Shown: piece by piece, positions 1-9,119 of the stretch
Numbering within the stretch: the first letter of the stretch is position 1
Layout: each line of letters begins with the position of its first letter
NCBI GenBank assembly: GCA_013694945.1
Contig: JACDBM010000054.1
Span: forward strand, 1 to 26,154
Length of the DNA stretch: 26,154 nucleotides
From: Chthoniobacterales bacterium
Lineage (GTDB): Bacteria; Verrucomicrobiota; Verrucomicrobiia; Chthoniobacterales; UBA10450
Reading direction: 5' to 3'
The notes under the pieces: generated by a model
Told to the model about the DNA's origin: nothing
The model's database searches: none
Seen by the model: the letters and a program-made list of their open reading frames with translations, nothing else
Position numbers and translations under genes: made by a program

Positions 1-222
1 GCTCCCGAAGATCTGATCGTACAGCTCAGCCCGTGCATTCGTCCTCCGCATTATGAAATCGACTTCGCGGCCCAAATTATCGCGCAATGTCGCGAGCGCG
101 GGGTGGAGAACGTGCATGACTGCGCCGTCTGCACCGCGTGCGATTTGGAACGCTACTACTCGTACCGAGCGGAAAAGGGGCGGACTGGACGAATGCTCGC
201 GCTGCTGACCATGAGCCTGTAG
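1..222 (+). CDS. pgeF: 3' end of PgeF/YfiH (laccase-domain / polyphenol oxidase family) protein, 5'-truncated by the window edge
   Basis: Not in the ORF track. Frame 1 reads APEDLIVQLSPCIRPPHYEIDF...CTACDLERYYSYRAEKGRTGRMLALLTMSL* (TAG 220-222). This matches the family C-terminal motifs GPxI...Y and CT.C....SYR...TGRM. Confidence 0.8.
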   Translation, partial: APEDLIVQLSPCIRPPHYEIDFAAQIIAQCRERGVENVHDCAVCTACDLERYYSYRAEKGRTGRMLALLTMSL

Positions 223-291
223 CGACGGTCTCTGCCGCCGTTTCAGCGACCCAAATCGCACTCTCCCTTTGTCGCGATGAGTCGGATGAAG

Positions 292-1086
292 TCACTCTTC
301 CCCCGCGCGCGCGCGGCCATACGACACGATGCCGCGCTTCCGCGCATTCGCGACGAACGAGAAAAATTCGCGACCGATTGGTCCGAATTCTCTGGTGCCC
401 GCTTCCTCCAGCGCCTGCTTGCGATTCATCCTGCTGCGATAAAGCAGCTTGAACGCGCGGCGAATCTCATCGCGTTCGACCGCGGCAAAGCCCGCCCGTC
501 TCATGCCAAGGACATTGACTCCGAAGACGACGTTTCGTTTTGCGGCGAGAAGGAATGGCGGGATGTCTTTGCTGAATCCGGAACTGCCCTGCGCCATGAC
601 GAGACGACCGACATGCGTGAATTGGTGAAACACTGCGCCTCCACCAATGAAAGCGGTGTCGTCGATCCGGACATAGCCGCCGAGGAGGCAATTGTTCGCG
701 ATGATCACACTGTCGCCGATTCGGCAATTATGGCCCACGTGCACACCGGCCATGAGAAAGTTGCCATTGCCGATTCGGGTGGAACTTTCTTCAGCGCTGC
801 CGCGGTGAACAGTGCAGTGCTCACGGATTACATTCCGGTCCCCAATTTCAACGCCGCTGAGTGTTTCCGGCCGAAAGGCGAGATCCTGCGGCAGCCCTCC
901 GATGATCGAGCCGTGACCAACGAGGTTGTTTCTTCCAAGGCGGACAGCACCCTGAAGCACCGCGTGTGACTGAATGACGGTACCTTCGCCGATCACCACT
1001 CCGGAGCCGATGATCGCGTATGGTCCGATCTCTACTCCGGCGGCAAGCTCCGCCGCGGGATCGACGATCGCCGTCGGATGCACCAT
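292..1086 (-). CDS. lpxA: UDP-N-acetylglucosamine O-acyltransferase (lipid A biosynthesis)
   Basis: HPTAIVDP start, hexapeptide repeats, PQDL, IREHCTVHRG, MAGVHVGHNC (catalytic His region), HQF and KDIPPF motifs. Confidence 0.92.
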   Translation of the reverse strand: MVHPTAIVDPAAELAAGVEIGPYAIIGSGVVIGEGTVIQSHAVLQGAVRLGRNNLVGHGSIIGGLPQDLAFRPETLSGVEIGDRNVIREHCTVHRGSAEESSTRIGNGNFLMAGVHVGHNCRIGDSVIIANNCLLGGYVRIDDTAFIGGGAVFHQFTHVGRLVMAQGSSGFSKDIPPFLLAAKRNVVFGVNVLGMRRAGFAAVERDEIRRAFKLLYRSRMNRKQALEEAGTREFGPIGREFFSFVANARKRGIVSYGRARAGEE

Positions 1087-1782
1087 TTAAAGAACACCCG
1101 CTTCCTTGAAGCTGAAGTACGGTGCGCGCCCTTCGGCGGGTGCGCCGATAATAATGTGATCGAGCAGCTTGATTTGGAGCAGCTCCGCGGCTTCCGCCAA
1201 ACGTCTCGTTAGGCTGTGATCCGCCTGGCTGGGTGACGGATCACCGGAAGGATGATTGTGCACCACGACCACCGCAAATGCGGCGGAAATCACGGCCGGA
1301 CGGAAAACCTCCCGCGGATGCGCGATGCTTTCGTTCACGCTTCCGGTGGAGACCTCCTGAATGCGCAGGAGGCGATATCGCGTATCGAGCAGGAGAACAC
1401 GAAGCGATTCATTGTGTAGCACGCGCATCTCCGCGGAAAGCAATTGGTAGACGAGCTCGGGCGTGTCGATTTTCTCCCGCGAGAGCGTCTCTTTCGCGAG
1501 GCGTTGACCGAGTCCAAACGCCGCCACCAACTGGACCGCTTTGGCAGGTCCGATTCCGGGAACATCCGAAATCTCATCTACGGTGCAGCGACTGAGGGCG
1601 TTAAGTGATTTGTAGCGAGCGAGGAGTTCCGCGGCAACATCGATCGCGTTTGCGCCCGGCAAGCCCGTCCGGAGGAGAATCGCGATCAGCTCTGAATCTG
1701 TTAGCGCACTCGCCCCGCGTGCGAGCAATTTCTCGCGCGGACGATCGTCCTGCGGCATTTCTCGAATCTTCAGCTGCGCCAT
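1087..1782 (-). CDS. radC: RadC family protein (N-terminal HhH plus JAB/MPN domain)
   Basis: DDRPREKLL, LSD.ELIAILLRTG, GIGPAKA, HPREVF and HNHPSGDPSPSQAD (JAB metal motif). Confidence 0.93.
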   Translation of the reverse strand: MAQLKIREMPQDDRPREKLLARGASALTDSELIAILLRTGLPGANAIDVAAELLARYKSLNALSRCTVDEISDVPGIGPAKAVQLVAAFGLGQRLAKETLSREKIDTPELVYQLLSAEMRVLHNESLRVLLLDTRYRLLRIQEVSTGSVNESIAHPREVFRPAVISAAFAVVVVHNHPSGDPSPSQADHSLTRRLAEAAELLQIKLLDHIIIGAPAEGRAPYFSFKEAGVL

Positions 1783-1861
1783 CGTGCCGTTTGAAATGGG
1801 AGGGGTTCTCAGTGCCGCGACCGCTTATTCGCGGACATCTGAACCGCCTTCCGCCACATAC

Positions 1862-2887
1862 TCACTCGCGCAGTTGATCGAGCAAATCGCGAAGAGCCTC
1901 GCCGAGTTGAGTCAGTGAGTCGGTGTGATTGCTCGGCGGGAGCAGATGGAGTTCCCGTTGCGCTTCCCTGATCAGTTCCTGCCCGGCCGTGATCGATTGG
2001 CTCAAGGGCGCAGTCGACACGTCCGTGTTCAAAATTTCCGTCATCTCGTCTACCTTGCCGCCAACGATCATCTGGCAATACTGCTCGCGCTCAACCGCGG
2101 GAGCTGATTGCAAGAGCATCAAGACAGGCAACGTCAGCTTCCCTTTCCGCAGATCAGTCCCGAGTGTCTTGCCGATAACCGTTTCGTTGCCAGCGATATC
2201 AAGGCAATCGTCGTAAATCTGGTAAGCTGCGCCGATTTTCATGCCGAAGGTCTGAAGCGAACGAACCGTTGCCGGTTCAGCTTCGTTGATCACAGCGCCG
2301 AGCTCCGCGGCTGCGGCGAAGAGCGAGCCCGTCTTCATGGCAACAATGCGCCGGTAATCTTCGACCGCGAGATGCAGGTCGAAGCGGCGTTGGGTCTGGA
2401 TGATCTCCCCGGAACAAACCTCGCGCGCTGCTTGCGCAATCGAGCGACTGATCTCCGCCCGGTCGAAATTTGTTGATAGATTCAGCGCCTGCGCAAAAAG
2501 GCAATCGCCCAGCAGGACACTTAGCGCGTTGCCCCAGCGCGCGTTGACCGTGGGCTGACCGCGACGCCGATCGGCCTCGTCCATGATGTCGTCATGCACG
2601 AGCGTCGCGATGTGGATCAGCTCCAGAATAACGGCCAGATCGATGTGAGCGGACTTGATTGAACCGGTCGCGCCGCCACTCAGGAGCGCGACGAGCGGAC
2701 GAAGTCGTTTTCCGCGGCCGCCGATCGCGTAAGCAACATAGCCTTCCACTGCGGGATCGAACACAGACGCTTGCTGCACGATGCGCGCTTCGACTTCCGC
2801 GAGTTGGCCTTGCACCGTTTTCGCAACCTGTGCCAGAGATACTGAAGGGGAGGCGGTGGTCCCCGACGAAGCTGTGAAAACTTTCAC
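1862..2887 (-). CDS. Polyprenyl diphosphate synthase (IspB/HepT-like, trans-isoprenyl)
   Basis: GKRLRP, LVHDDIMDEADRRRG (FARM), QIYDDCLD (SARM) and GKTLGTDLRKGKLTLP. The ORF is open to 2980, but the first 31 codons look non-homologous, so GTG at 2887 is the more likely start. Confidence 0.9.
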   Translation of the reverse strand: MKVFTASSGTTASPSVSLAQVAKTVQGQLAEVEARIVQQASVFDPAVEGYVAYAIGGRGKRLRPLVALLSGGATGSIKSAHIDLAVILELIHIATLVHDDIMDEADRRRGQPTVNARWGNALSVLLGDCLFAQALNLSTNFDRAEISRSIAQAAREVCSGEIIQTQRRFDLHLAVEDYRRIVAMKTGSLFAAAAELGAVINEAEPATVRSLQTFGMKIGAAYQIYDDCLDIAGNETVIGKTLGTDLRKGKLTLPVLMLLQSAPAVEREQYCQMIVGGKVDEMTEILNTDVSTAPLSQSITAGQELIREAQRELHLLPPSNHTDSLTQLGEALRDLLDQLRE

Positions 2888-2889
2888 AA
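2872..2889. promoter_or_regulatory. Palindromic TF site, CRP-type TGTGA-N6-TCACA / Rex-type TTGTGAA-N4-TTCACAA
   Basis: Sequence CTGTGAAAACTTTCACAA. It contains both CRP half-sites exactly and is one mismatch from the Rex consensus. It overlaps the probable GTG start of the polyprenyl synthase. Confidence 0.4.
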
Positions 2890-2902
2890 TTGCAGAATAG
2901 AA

Positions 2903-3076
2903 GGAGGGGTCCCAAGAGTCAAAACAACAGGGCGCCGTGCGAGGTGAAGCTGTGACGGCAAACAGAGTGCTGCGGCCCATTAATCACTCTCCCGGTTCGA
3001 TCGTCTCCGCACGTTGACCATCGTAGTGCCGCGCGACCTTGACGCGGCCGGAAGAAGGTTCGCGGCAGGCCCTTCC
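2903..3076. ncRNA. Candidate structured ncRNA (6S RNA-like); strand unresolved
   Basis: Nested complementary segments in an intergenic gap: 2903-2912/3068-3076, 2913-2920/3035-3041, 2936-2941/3008-3013 and 2964-2969/2985-2990, with an unpaired A-rich stretch at 2921-2929. Folded by eye only. Confidence 0.3.
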
Positions 3077-3099
3077 ATGCGCGGCAACGCCAGAAACGG

Positions 3100-3762
3100 T
3101 CAGCGCCGTCGCAGCCACGCGGCCGTTCCGTATTTGATTTCTGCCAATCTCTGCGCCCGCTCGAGCAGCTTAGGCCTAAAGACCGCCGGCCTCCAGTCAC
3201 AGCACAAAGCAGAAGCGAAGGCGTCGAGGAAGGCCGCGGGCAGGGCCTCATATTGGATGCTTCCCTGATGCAGCAATCCGACCCGCGTGCGCCGTTGCGC
3301 AGCTCCAGCGATTTTGCGTCCGTGCACGAGCACGTCTGCCCTCACGAAGTTGGCAAAACAGGCTTCAGATACTTTCGGCGCATCTTCTGTCGCGAGCGCG
3401 ACGGATGTTTCATCGGGGATTGAGCGGCGAATTGCATCATGGATTTGTTCGTAGATGATGCGTGAACTGGCGATGCATTCGACTGTTGCTGAGGGAATGA
3501 CGACTGAGTAGGTCAAGTCGTTCCCATGCAAAACGATTCCGCCCCCCGTCCAACGACGGACAATCTCTCGTTCCTTCTCGTGTTCCGCCAGGCCGGCATA
3601 GCGCCCGAAATATCCGAAGGAAAGCGCACGCCTTCGCCACTGATAACAACGTAGCGAAGGAACGGTCGTCTGATCCAGGAGGGCTTCGTCAATTGCCATG
3701 TTCATCGCAGCCGATCTCGGCTCCGGGTCGCGATAGAAGAGCAGACTAGCCAGTGGAGGCAT
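3100..3762 (-). CDS. Lipoate-protein ligase A / octanoyltransferase (BPL/LplA/LipB) family protein
   Basis: NMAIDEALL, LSFGYF, VRRWTGGGIVLHGNDLTYS, KIAGAAQRR and LHQGSI motifs. Confidence 0.87.
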   Translation of the reverse strand: MPPLASLLFYRDPEPRSAAMNMAIDEALLDQTTVPSLRCYQWRRRALSFGYFGRYAGLAEHEKEREIVRRWTGGGIVLHGNDLTYSVVIPSATVECIASSRIIYEQIHDAIRRSIPDETSVALATEDAPKVSEACFANFVRADVLVHGRKIAGAAQRRTRVGLLHQGSIQYEALPAAFLDAFASALCCDWRPAVFRPKLLERAQRLAEIKYGTAAWLRRR

Positions 3763-3773
3763 CGCCGCGGCTT

Positions 3774-4484
3774 CTAGTCCTCTAATTCAGCGATGATCCT
3801 TTGCGCAGCCTCGCGCGGATCGGGAGCAGCGGTGATAGGACGACCAATCACCAGGTAATCAGCACCATTCTGCACCGCTTCCCGCGGGGTGGTGAATCGC
3901 TTTTGATCGTTCGCTGCGGCCCAACTCGGCCGCACGCCCGGCGTAATAATGATGGTCTTCCCGGCCAGCCGCTCTCGTAGCATTCGGACCTCGTGGGGAC
4001 TCGCAATCAAACCGCCGATGCCCGCCTCCGCGCCAAGCTGCGCCAGGCGCAGGATTTGACCTGCAACGTCCGACTCAACTCCGGTCTCCCGCAGTGTGGT
4101 TTCATCCGAACTGGTCAGGACTGTCACGCCCAGCAGCAGCAAATCAGGTGCGCACTCCGCGACTGCGGCTTCAAGCATCCCGCGCCCGCCGCAAAGATGT
4201 AATGTGAGCATGCCTGCTCCAAGCTCAACGGCCGCGCGGACTGCTTTCGCGACCGTAGTAGGAATGTCATGGAGCTTGAGGTCGAGGAAAACCTTGGCGC
4301 CCGTAGCGATGACGGCTCGCACGATCTCCGGCCCGCCGGCCGTGAAGAGCTGCAGACCGATCTTGAAGGTCGCAACGTCGCGCGCGAGATCGCAGACGAG
4401 ATCGAGCGCTTGTGACGGCTCGGGAAAATCCAGCGCCACGATCAGGCGATCGCGAGGATCGTTGACGACGTAGCTTGGATTCAT
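3774..4484 (-). CDS. pyrF: Orotidine-5'-phosphate decarboxylase
   Basis: LIVALD, FKIG, FLDLKLHDIPTTV (DxKxxD), VTVLTS, TPGVR, DQKR and GADYLVIGRPIT. The ORF is open to 4550, but that overlaps ispE; ATG at 4484 is preferred. Confidence 0.96.
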   Translation of the reverse strand: MNPSYVVNDPRDRLIVALDFPEPSQALDLVCDLARDVATFKIGLQLFTAGGPEIVRAVIATGAKVFLDLKLHDIPTTVAKAVRAAVELGAGMLTLHLCGGRGMLEAAVAECAPDLLLLGVTVLTSSDETTLRETGVESDVAGQILRLAQLGAEAGIGGLIASPHEVRMLRERLAGKTIIITPGVRPSWAAANDQKRFTTPREAVQNGADYLVIGRPITAAPDPREAAQRIIAELED

Positions 4485-4521
4485 CCTGTATTGTCGCGCC
4501 TTTGTGCGGAGAGTCGATGCT

Positions 4522-5355
4522 ATGCAGTTCCGAGCGCCGGCGAAGATCAATCTTTCCTTCCGGATTCTCGGCCGTCGCGCGGACGGTTTTCACGATATCG
4601 ATACGTTAATGGCGCCCATTTCACTGCACGACTCGCTCACCATCACAAGACTGAAAGATGCGGGGAAAATTGATTTCGTCTGCACTGATTCGAGTCTTCC
4701 CGGGGGCGATGAAAATCTCGCAGTTCGCGCCGCTCGTTTGTTTTTGGGCATTACCCGATCGCGCGCCGGTGTTCGCATTGCGTTGGAGAAAAACATCCCG
4801 CATGGCGCCGGGCTCGGTGGTGGCAGTAGCGATGCGGCGACTGTGTTGCTTGGTTTGAATCAACTTCTTGCCGCGGAGTGGAGCGAGATTCGCCTGGCAG
4901 AGGTTGCGGCCGAGATCGGCTCGGATGTGCCGTTCTTTATTTATCAATCTGCGGCGCGTTGTCGTGGGCGGGGCGACATCGTGACGCCAATTAAATTGCC
5001 AAAGACTGTTTCTTTACTCCTTTTGAAACCTCTGTTCGGAGTGCCGACTCCGTGGGCTTACCAACGTTGGAAAGAATCGAAAAAATTGCCGGAGATACGT
5101 TATCAGGCACAGGAGTTTTCCGGGCTTGACCTTGTAAATGACCTTGAGCGGTCGGTGTTCGAGAAATTCATCTTTATGGGACATTTGAAAATGTGGTTGC
5201 TTGCGCAACCTGAAGCCAGGGCTGCGATAATGTCCGGCTCGGGATCAACGCTCATCGCTATTTTGCGCGACGGAGCGGACGCGGAAACGCTGGCGCGTCG
5301 CGCTAAAATTGAACTTGATTCGGAGCTTTGGACCTGCGCCTGCCGGACGATGTAG
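4522..5355 (+). CDS. ispE: 4-diphosphocytidyl-2-C-methyl-D-erythritol kinase (MEP pathway)
   Basis: APAKINL, KNIPHGAGLGGGSSDAA (GHMP kinase loop), GSDVPFF, NDLE and MSGSGST. ATG at 4522 follows GGAGA; the ORF track starts at GTG 4504. Confidence 0.96.
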   Translation: MQFRAPAKINLSFRILGRRADGFHDIDTLMAPISLHDSLTITRLKDAGKIDFVCTDSSLPGGDENLAVRAARLFLGITRSRAGVRIALEKNIPHGAGLGGGSSDAATVLLGLNQLLAAEWSEIRLAEVAAEIGSDVPFFIYQSAARCRGRGDIVTPIKLPKTVSLLLLKPLFGVPTPWAYQRWKESKKLPEIRYQAQEFSGLDLVNDLERSVFEKFIFMGHLKMWLLAQPEARAAIMSGSGSTLIAILRDGADAETLARRAKIELDSELWTCACRTM

Positions 5356-5394
5356 GCCGATCTCCGATAGTCGGAACGTCCTTGCTCTGGAACG

Positions 5395-6150
5395 CTACAT
5401 CCCAGATTTCTTTCGCAGCGTCGCCAGCGCGTACTCGCGATTCAGTTTCGCAATGAAGCTCGCGCTGATTTCCGCCGGACACACGGCTTCGCATTCGTAG
5501 GTGTTCGTGCAATTTCCGAAGCCTTCCGCATCCATCTGTCCCACCATTCTGAGGACGCGGGCGGTCCGTTCAGCATTTCCCTGTGGGAGAAGCGCGAGAT
5601 GCGAAACCTTCGCCGACGTAAAGAGCATCGCAGACGCATTCGGGCAGGCCGCCGCGCAAGCTCCACAACCGATGCAGGCCGCCGCTTCCATCGCCAGATC
5701 GGCGTCGTGCTTCGGCACCGGAATTGAATTTGCTTCCGGCGCGGAGCCCGAGCGAGCAGACACAAACCCGCCCGCCTGCACAATACGATCAAGCGCGCTG
5801 CGGCTGACAACTAGGTCTCTGACCAGCCTGAAGGGCCGCGCGCGGAAAGGCTCGACGGTAATCGTGGCGCCATCTTTGAAACGGCGCATGTAGAGCTGGC
5901 ACGCAGCCCCGGGATGATCCGGTCCGTGCGCTTCACCGTTGATCGTAAGTGAACAGGTGCCGCAAATCCCCTCGCGACAATCCGACTCGAAAGCGATCGG
6001 ATCTTCGCCTTTTTCGACGAGGCGCTCGTTGACGATATCGAGCATCTCGAGGAACGAAGTGTGCGGCGACACGTCGGTTGCATAGTAATTGACAAGGCGC
6101 CCTTTGGCCTCGCTCGCCTCCTGCCGCCACACCCGGAGTTTGAAGTTCAT
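5395..6150 (-). CDS. sdhB: Succinate dehydrogenase/fumarate reductase iron-sulfur subunit
   Basis: [20 protein letters not shown] and [12 protein letters not shown] Fe-S motifs. ATGA overlap with the sdhA stop codon. Confidence 0.95.
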   Translation of the reverse strand: MNFKLRVWRQEASEAKGRLVNYYATDVSPHTSFLEMLDIVNERLVEKGEDPIAFESDCREGICGTCSLTINGEAHGPDHPGAACQLYMRRFKDGATITVEPFRARPFRLVRDLVVSRSALDRIVQAGGFVSARSGSAPEANSIPVPKHDADLAMEAAACIGCGACAAACPNASAMLFTSAKVSHLALLPQGNAERTARVLRMVGQMDAEGFGNCTNTYECEAVCPAEISASFIAKLNREYALATLRKKSGM

Positions 6151-8072
6151 TTGTAGCTTCGCTGCGTCAGCTCCACGCTTTCAAAGTGCAGCGGCTCGCG
6201 ATGAAGCCTTGGTGGCTCGATCGTACCATTGCCTTGGAATTCCCAGGCAAAAACCGCGGCGAATTTCTCGTCGTTCCGCAGCGCTTCGCCCTCCGGCGTC
6301 TGATGCTCCTCGCGAAAGTGTCCGCCGCAGGACTCGTCCCGCTCCAGCGCATCGATGCACATCAGTTCGGCGAATTCCAGGTAGTCCGCGACACGACCGG
6401 CGCGTTCGAGAGACTGGTTGTATTCCGCGCCGTGACCCGGAATGCGGACGTTCCGCCAAAACTCTTCGCGCAGTGCCGGGATGCGGCCGAGTGCCTCCCG
6501 CAGCCCGGCGGTGTTTCGCGCCATCCCGCATCTATCCCACATGAGGAGACCGAGCTCGCGATGAAACGAATCGACGGTGCGGGTGCCATTCACTTCGATC
6601 ATCTTCGCGATGCGCGCGCGCACATCCGTTTCTGCTTCGCGGAACGCCGGGTGATCGATAGAGGGACGTTTACCGATTTGTCCGGCAAGATACGTCGGAA
6701 GCGTGTAGGGCAAAACGAAGTAGCCATCGGCCAGGCCTTGCATGAGCGCGCTCGCGCCCAGCCGATTCGCCCCGTGATCCGAGAAATTTGCTTCGCCGAT
6801 CACGTGCAGCCCGGGCACGTTGCTCATCAAGTTGTAGTCCACCCACAGGCCGCCCATCGTGTAGTGCACGGCGGGATAGATGCGCATCGGCTGCTGGTAG
6901 GCATCCTCCCCGGTAATCTTCTCGTAAATATCAAACAGATTTCCGTAACGCTCGCGAATCGTTGGTTCGCCAAGACGCGCGATCGCATCCGCAAAATCGA
7001 GATAAACGCCGCGCCCGCCGGGACCAACCCCGCGACCTTCATCGCATGCTTCCTTCGCGCTCCGCGAGGAAATGTCACGCGGGGCGAGATTCCCATAGCT
7101 CGGGTATTTTCGTTCCAGATAGTAATCGCGTTCCGCTTCAGGAATCGCGGCAGGGGAACGCTGCTCCCCCTTGGTCTTCGGGACCCAGACGCGCCCGTCA
7201 TTGCGCAGCGATTCCGACATTAACGTTAGCTTCGATTGATGTTGCCCGCTCACCGGGATGCAGGTGGGATGGATCTGCGTGAAGCAGGGGTTCCCGAACA
7301 GCGCGCCTTTCTTGTAGGCGCGGTAGGTAGCGGTCACGTTCGACCCGCGGGCATTGGTCGAGAGATAAAAAACGTTGCCGTATCCACCCGTCGCGAGCAC
7401 GACAGCATCGGCCGCGTGCACCTCAATCTCTCCGCTGGTGAGGTCGCGCGTGATGATGCCTTTGGCGTGACCTTCCACCAGCACGACGTCGAGCATCTCG
7501 GTGCGTGAATACATTTTCACTGTGCCGACATCGATTTGGCGGCAAAGTGATTGATACGCGCCTAACAATAGCTGCTGACCAGTCTGGCCGCGGGCGTAGA
7601 AGGTGCGCGAGACCTGCGCGCCTCCGAAGGAGCGATTCGCGAGAAGGCCTCCATATTCGCGCGCGAACGGCACACCCTGCTCGACGCATTGATCGATGAT
7701 GAGATTACTCACTTCCGCAAGCCGGTAAACGTTCGCCTCCCGGGAGCGGAAGTCGCCACCTTTGATCGTGTCGTAGAACAACCGGAAGACACTGTCGCCG
7801 TCGTTCTGGTAGTTCTTTGCGGCATTGATCCCGCCCTGCGCGGCGATGCTGTGCGCACGGCGCGGGCTATCCTGAAAGCAAAAGCACTTCACATGGTAAC
7901 CTTGCTCGCCAAGGGTCGCCGCGGCCGAACCGCCCGCTAGTCCGCTGCCGACAACGATCACCTCGAGCTTGCGGCGATTCGCGGGACTAACGAGCCGGGC
8001 GTGATCCTTGTAGCCGGACCATTTCGTTTCGAGCGGCCCTGCAGGAACTTTCGCTTCCAGCTCGCCGATCAT
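6147..8072 (-). CDS. sdhA: Succinate dehydrogenase/fumarate reductase flavoprotein subunit
   Basis: GSGLAG FAD-binding motif, [10 protein letters not shown] (covalent FAD His), QIHPT, HYTMGG, HGANRLG and [10 protein letters not shown]. Confidence 0.96.
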   Translation of the reverse strand: MIGELEAKVPAGPLETKWSGYKDHARLVSPANRRKLEVIVVGSGLAGGSAAATLGEQGYHVKCFCFQDSPRRAHSIAAQGGINAAKNYQNDGDSVFRLFYDTIKGGDFRSREANVYRLAEVSNLIIDQCVEQGVPFAREYGGLLANRSFGGAQVSRTFYARGQTGQQLLLGAYQSLCRQIDVGTVKMYSRTEMLDVVLVEGHAKGIITRDLTSGEIEVHAADAVVLATGGYGNVFYLSTNARGSNVTATYRAYKKGALFGNPCFTQIHPTCIPVSGQHQSKLTLMSESLRNDGRVWVPKTKGEQRSPAAIPEAERDYYLERKYPSYGNLAPRDISSRSAKEACDEGRGVGPGGRGVYLDFADAIARLGEPTIRERYGNLFDIYEKITGEDAYQQPMRIYPAVHYTMGGLWVDYNLMSNVPGLHVIGEANFSDHGANRLGASALMQGLADGYFVLPYTLPTYLAGQIGKRPSIDHPAFREAETDVRARIAKMIEVNGTRTVDSFHRELGLLMWDRCGMARNTAGLREALGRIPALREEFWRNVRIPGHGAEYNQSLERAGRVADYLEFAELMCIDALERDESCGGHFREEHQTPEGEALRNDEKFAAVFAWEFQGNGTIEPPRLHREPLHFESVELTQRSYK

Positions 8073-8764
8073 AACTGCTGAGCCGGCCTTACCAGGCCCA
8101 GCAGTACGGCCACTGGAATGGAGGTATATCCGGCGAAGATTAGCCAGGCAAAAACGCGTGCGCCGCGCGCCAGTCGTGGCGTCATCTTCTTGTCATTCAG
8201 GCCGAGTGACTGGAAAAAGCTCGACGCACCATGGCTCAGGTGCAGCGTCAGCAGGAACATCGCGATGACGTAAAAGGCGGAGACAAGCGCGTTCTGGAAT
8301 CCATACACCATCATCGAGTAAACATCGTAGCGATTGAGCGGATCAGCCTTCAGAAGCGCGAAGCGTGGGTCCGCAACGCGCACCGTGAAATGGGCGAGAT
8401 GATAGACAATAAAGGCGAGCACGATGAGTCCGCTCAGGGTCATGGACCGCGAAGCGAACGTCGCCTTCACGTGATCCTTCTTCGCATAGGCCGTGGGCCG
8501 CGCGCGCCGATTGTCAATTGCCAACCGGATCGTGAAGTAGATGTGCAGCACGACCGTGACGAGGAGAAACGCGCGGATGACCCACAGGAGCACACCGAGG
8601 GAGCGGAGTTTTTCCGCGTAGCTGTTAATGTACTCCGGGCCGAAAAAGATCTGCAAATTGCCGAGCAGATGACCGACAACGAAGCCGATCAGAATCACGC
8701 CTGTCACCGCGACGACGAACTTCTTTCCAATCGACGAGCGGTAAAACGCGGAAAGTGGAGCCAC
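8069..8764 (-). CDS. sdhC: Succinate dehydrogenase cytochrome b558 subunit (single membrane anchor, di-heme type)
   Basis: [13 protein letters not shown], five hydrophobic helices and His residues in GHLLGN, VLHIY, YHLAHF and LHLSHG. It is the first gene of the coupled sdhCAB operon. The ORF is open to 8983, but GTG 8764 fits the family start and the promoter below. Confidence 0.9.
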   Translation of the reverse strand: MAPLSAFYRSSIGKKFVVAVTGVILIGFVVGHLLGNLQIFFGPEYINSYAEKLRSLGVLLWVIRAFLLVTVVLHIYFTIRLAIDNRRARPTAYAKKDHVKATFASRSMTLSGLIVLAFIVYHLAHFTVRVADPRFALLKADPLNRYDVYSMMVYGFQNALVSAFYVIAMFLLTLHLSHGASSFFQSLGLNDKKMTPRLARGARVFAWLIFAGYTSIPVAVLLGLVRPAQQL

Positions 8765-8804
8765 AATCAAAATTCGATCAGCAGGCTGTGTCGGACGGGG
8801 CGGC

Positions 8805-8833
8805 AAGCTAAATGTCGGGTTCAGGACGGTCAA
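8805..8833 (-). promoter_or_regulatory. Putative sigma70-type promoter of sdhCAB
   Basis: On the minus strand TTGACC (8833-8828)-N17-TAGCTT (8810-8805), about 40 bp upstream of the sdhC GTG. Confidence 0.55.
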
Positions 8834-8846
8834 TCGCGATTGACCG
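8827..8846. promoter_or_regulatory. Perfect 20-bp palindrome, candidate operator
   Basis: CGGTCAATCGCGATTGACCG equals its own reverse complement and covers the putative sdhC -35. Confidence 0.5.
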
Positions 8847-9012
8847 ATCCCTAGCATGGAACAAGCGGCGACGAAAATTCCCGCGGTTCCTGTCGATGCG
8901 CGCCCCGAGCGATGCGACGCGTTGATCACAGTGAGAACGGAATTTGACTGTGAAGGCGACCGGAAATTGGCCAGTACCCTCAATTCGCCTCCATTTGCCG
9001 CACAGTTCGATT

Positions 9013-9041
9013 TTGCTGTCCTAGAATTTGGCGGGTATTCT
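9013..9041 (+). promoter_or_regulatory. Putative sigma70-type promoter for the first glycan-island gene
   Basis: TTGCTG (9013-9018)-N17-TATTCT (9036-9041), about 80 bp upstream of ATG 9120. Confidence 0.4.
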
Positions 9042-9119
9042 TCAACGCATGCTCGAGAACAGTGCCTTGGAGAACGAAGTCGAAGCTACGGGTTCGATGT
9101 GCTTCCTTGCCGTCGTGTG

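Noticed and set aside
277-969. 230-aa + strand ORF
   Set aside because: Antisense shadow of lpxA with no recognisable motifs; long shadow ORFs are common in high-GC DNA.
1799-1822. Words GGAGGGGT and AGTGCCGCG shared between the 1783-1861 gap and the 2903-3076 element
   Set aside because: Only 8-9 bp each, GC-rich and with different spacing, so compatible with chance. They do not form a convincing direct repeat around the polyprenyl synthase.
2991-3008. GGTTCGATC resembling a tRNA T-loop
   Set aside because: The flanks do not form a T-stem, and there is no acceptor or anticodon arm.
6186-7223. 345-aa + strand ORF
   Set aside because: Entirely antisense to the well-supported sdhA and has no family motif.
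8231-8854. 207-aa + strand ORF
   Set aside because: Antisense to sdhC; shadow ORF.
8765-9119. Long N-terminal extensions of sdhC (to 8983) and of the GT (from 8856), which would overlap head-to-head
   Set aside because: The extensions look non-homologous, and promoter-like elements lie within them (8805-8833 minus, 9013-9041 plus), so shorter starts are preferred.
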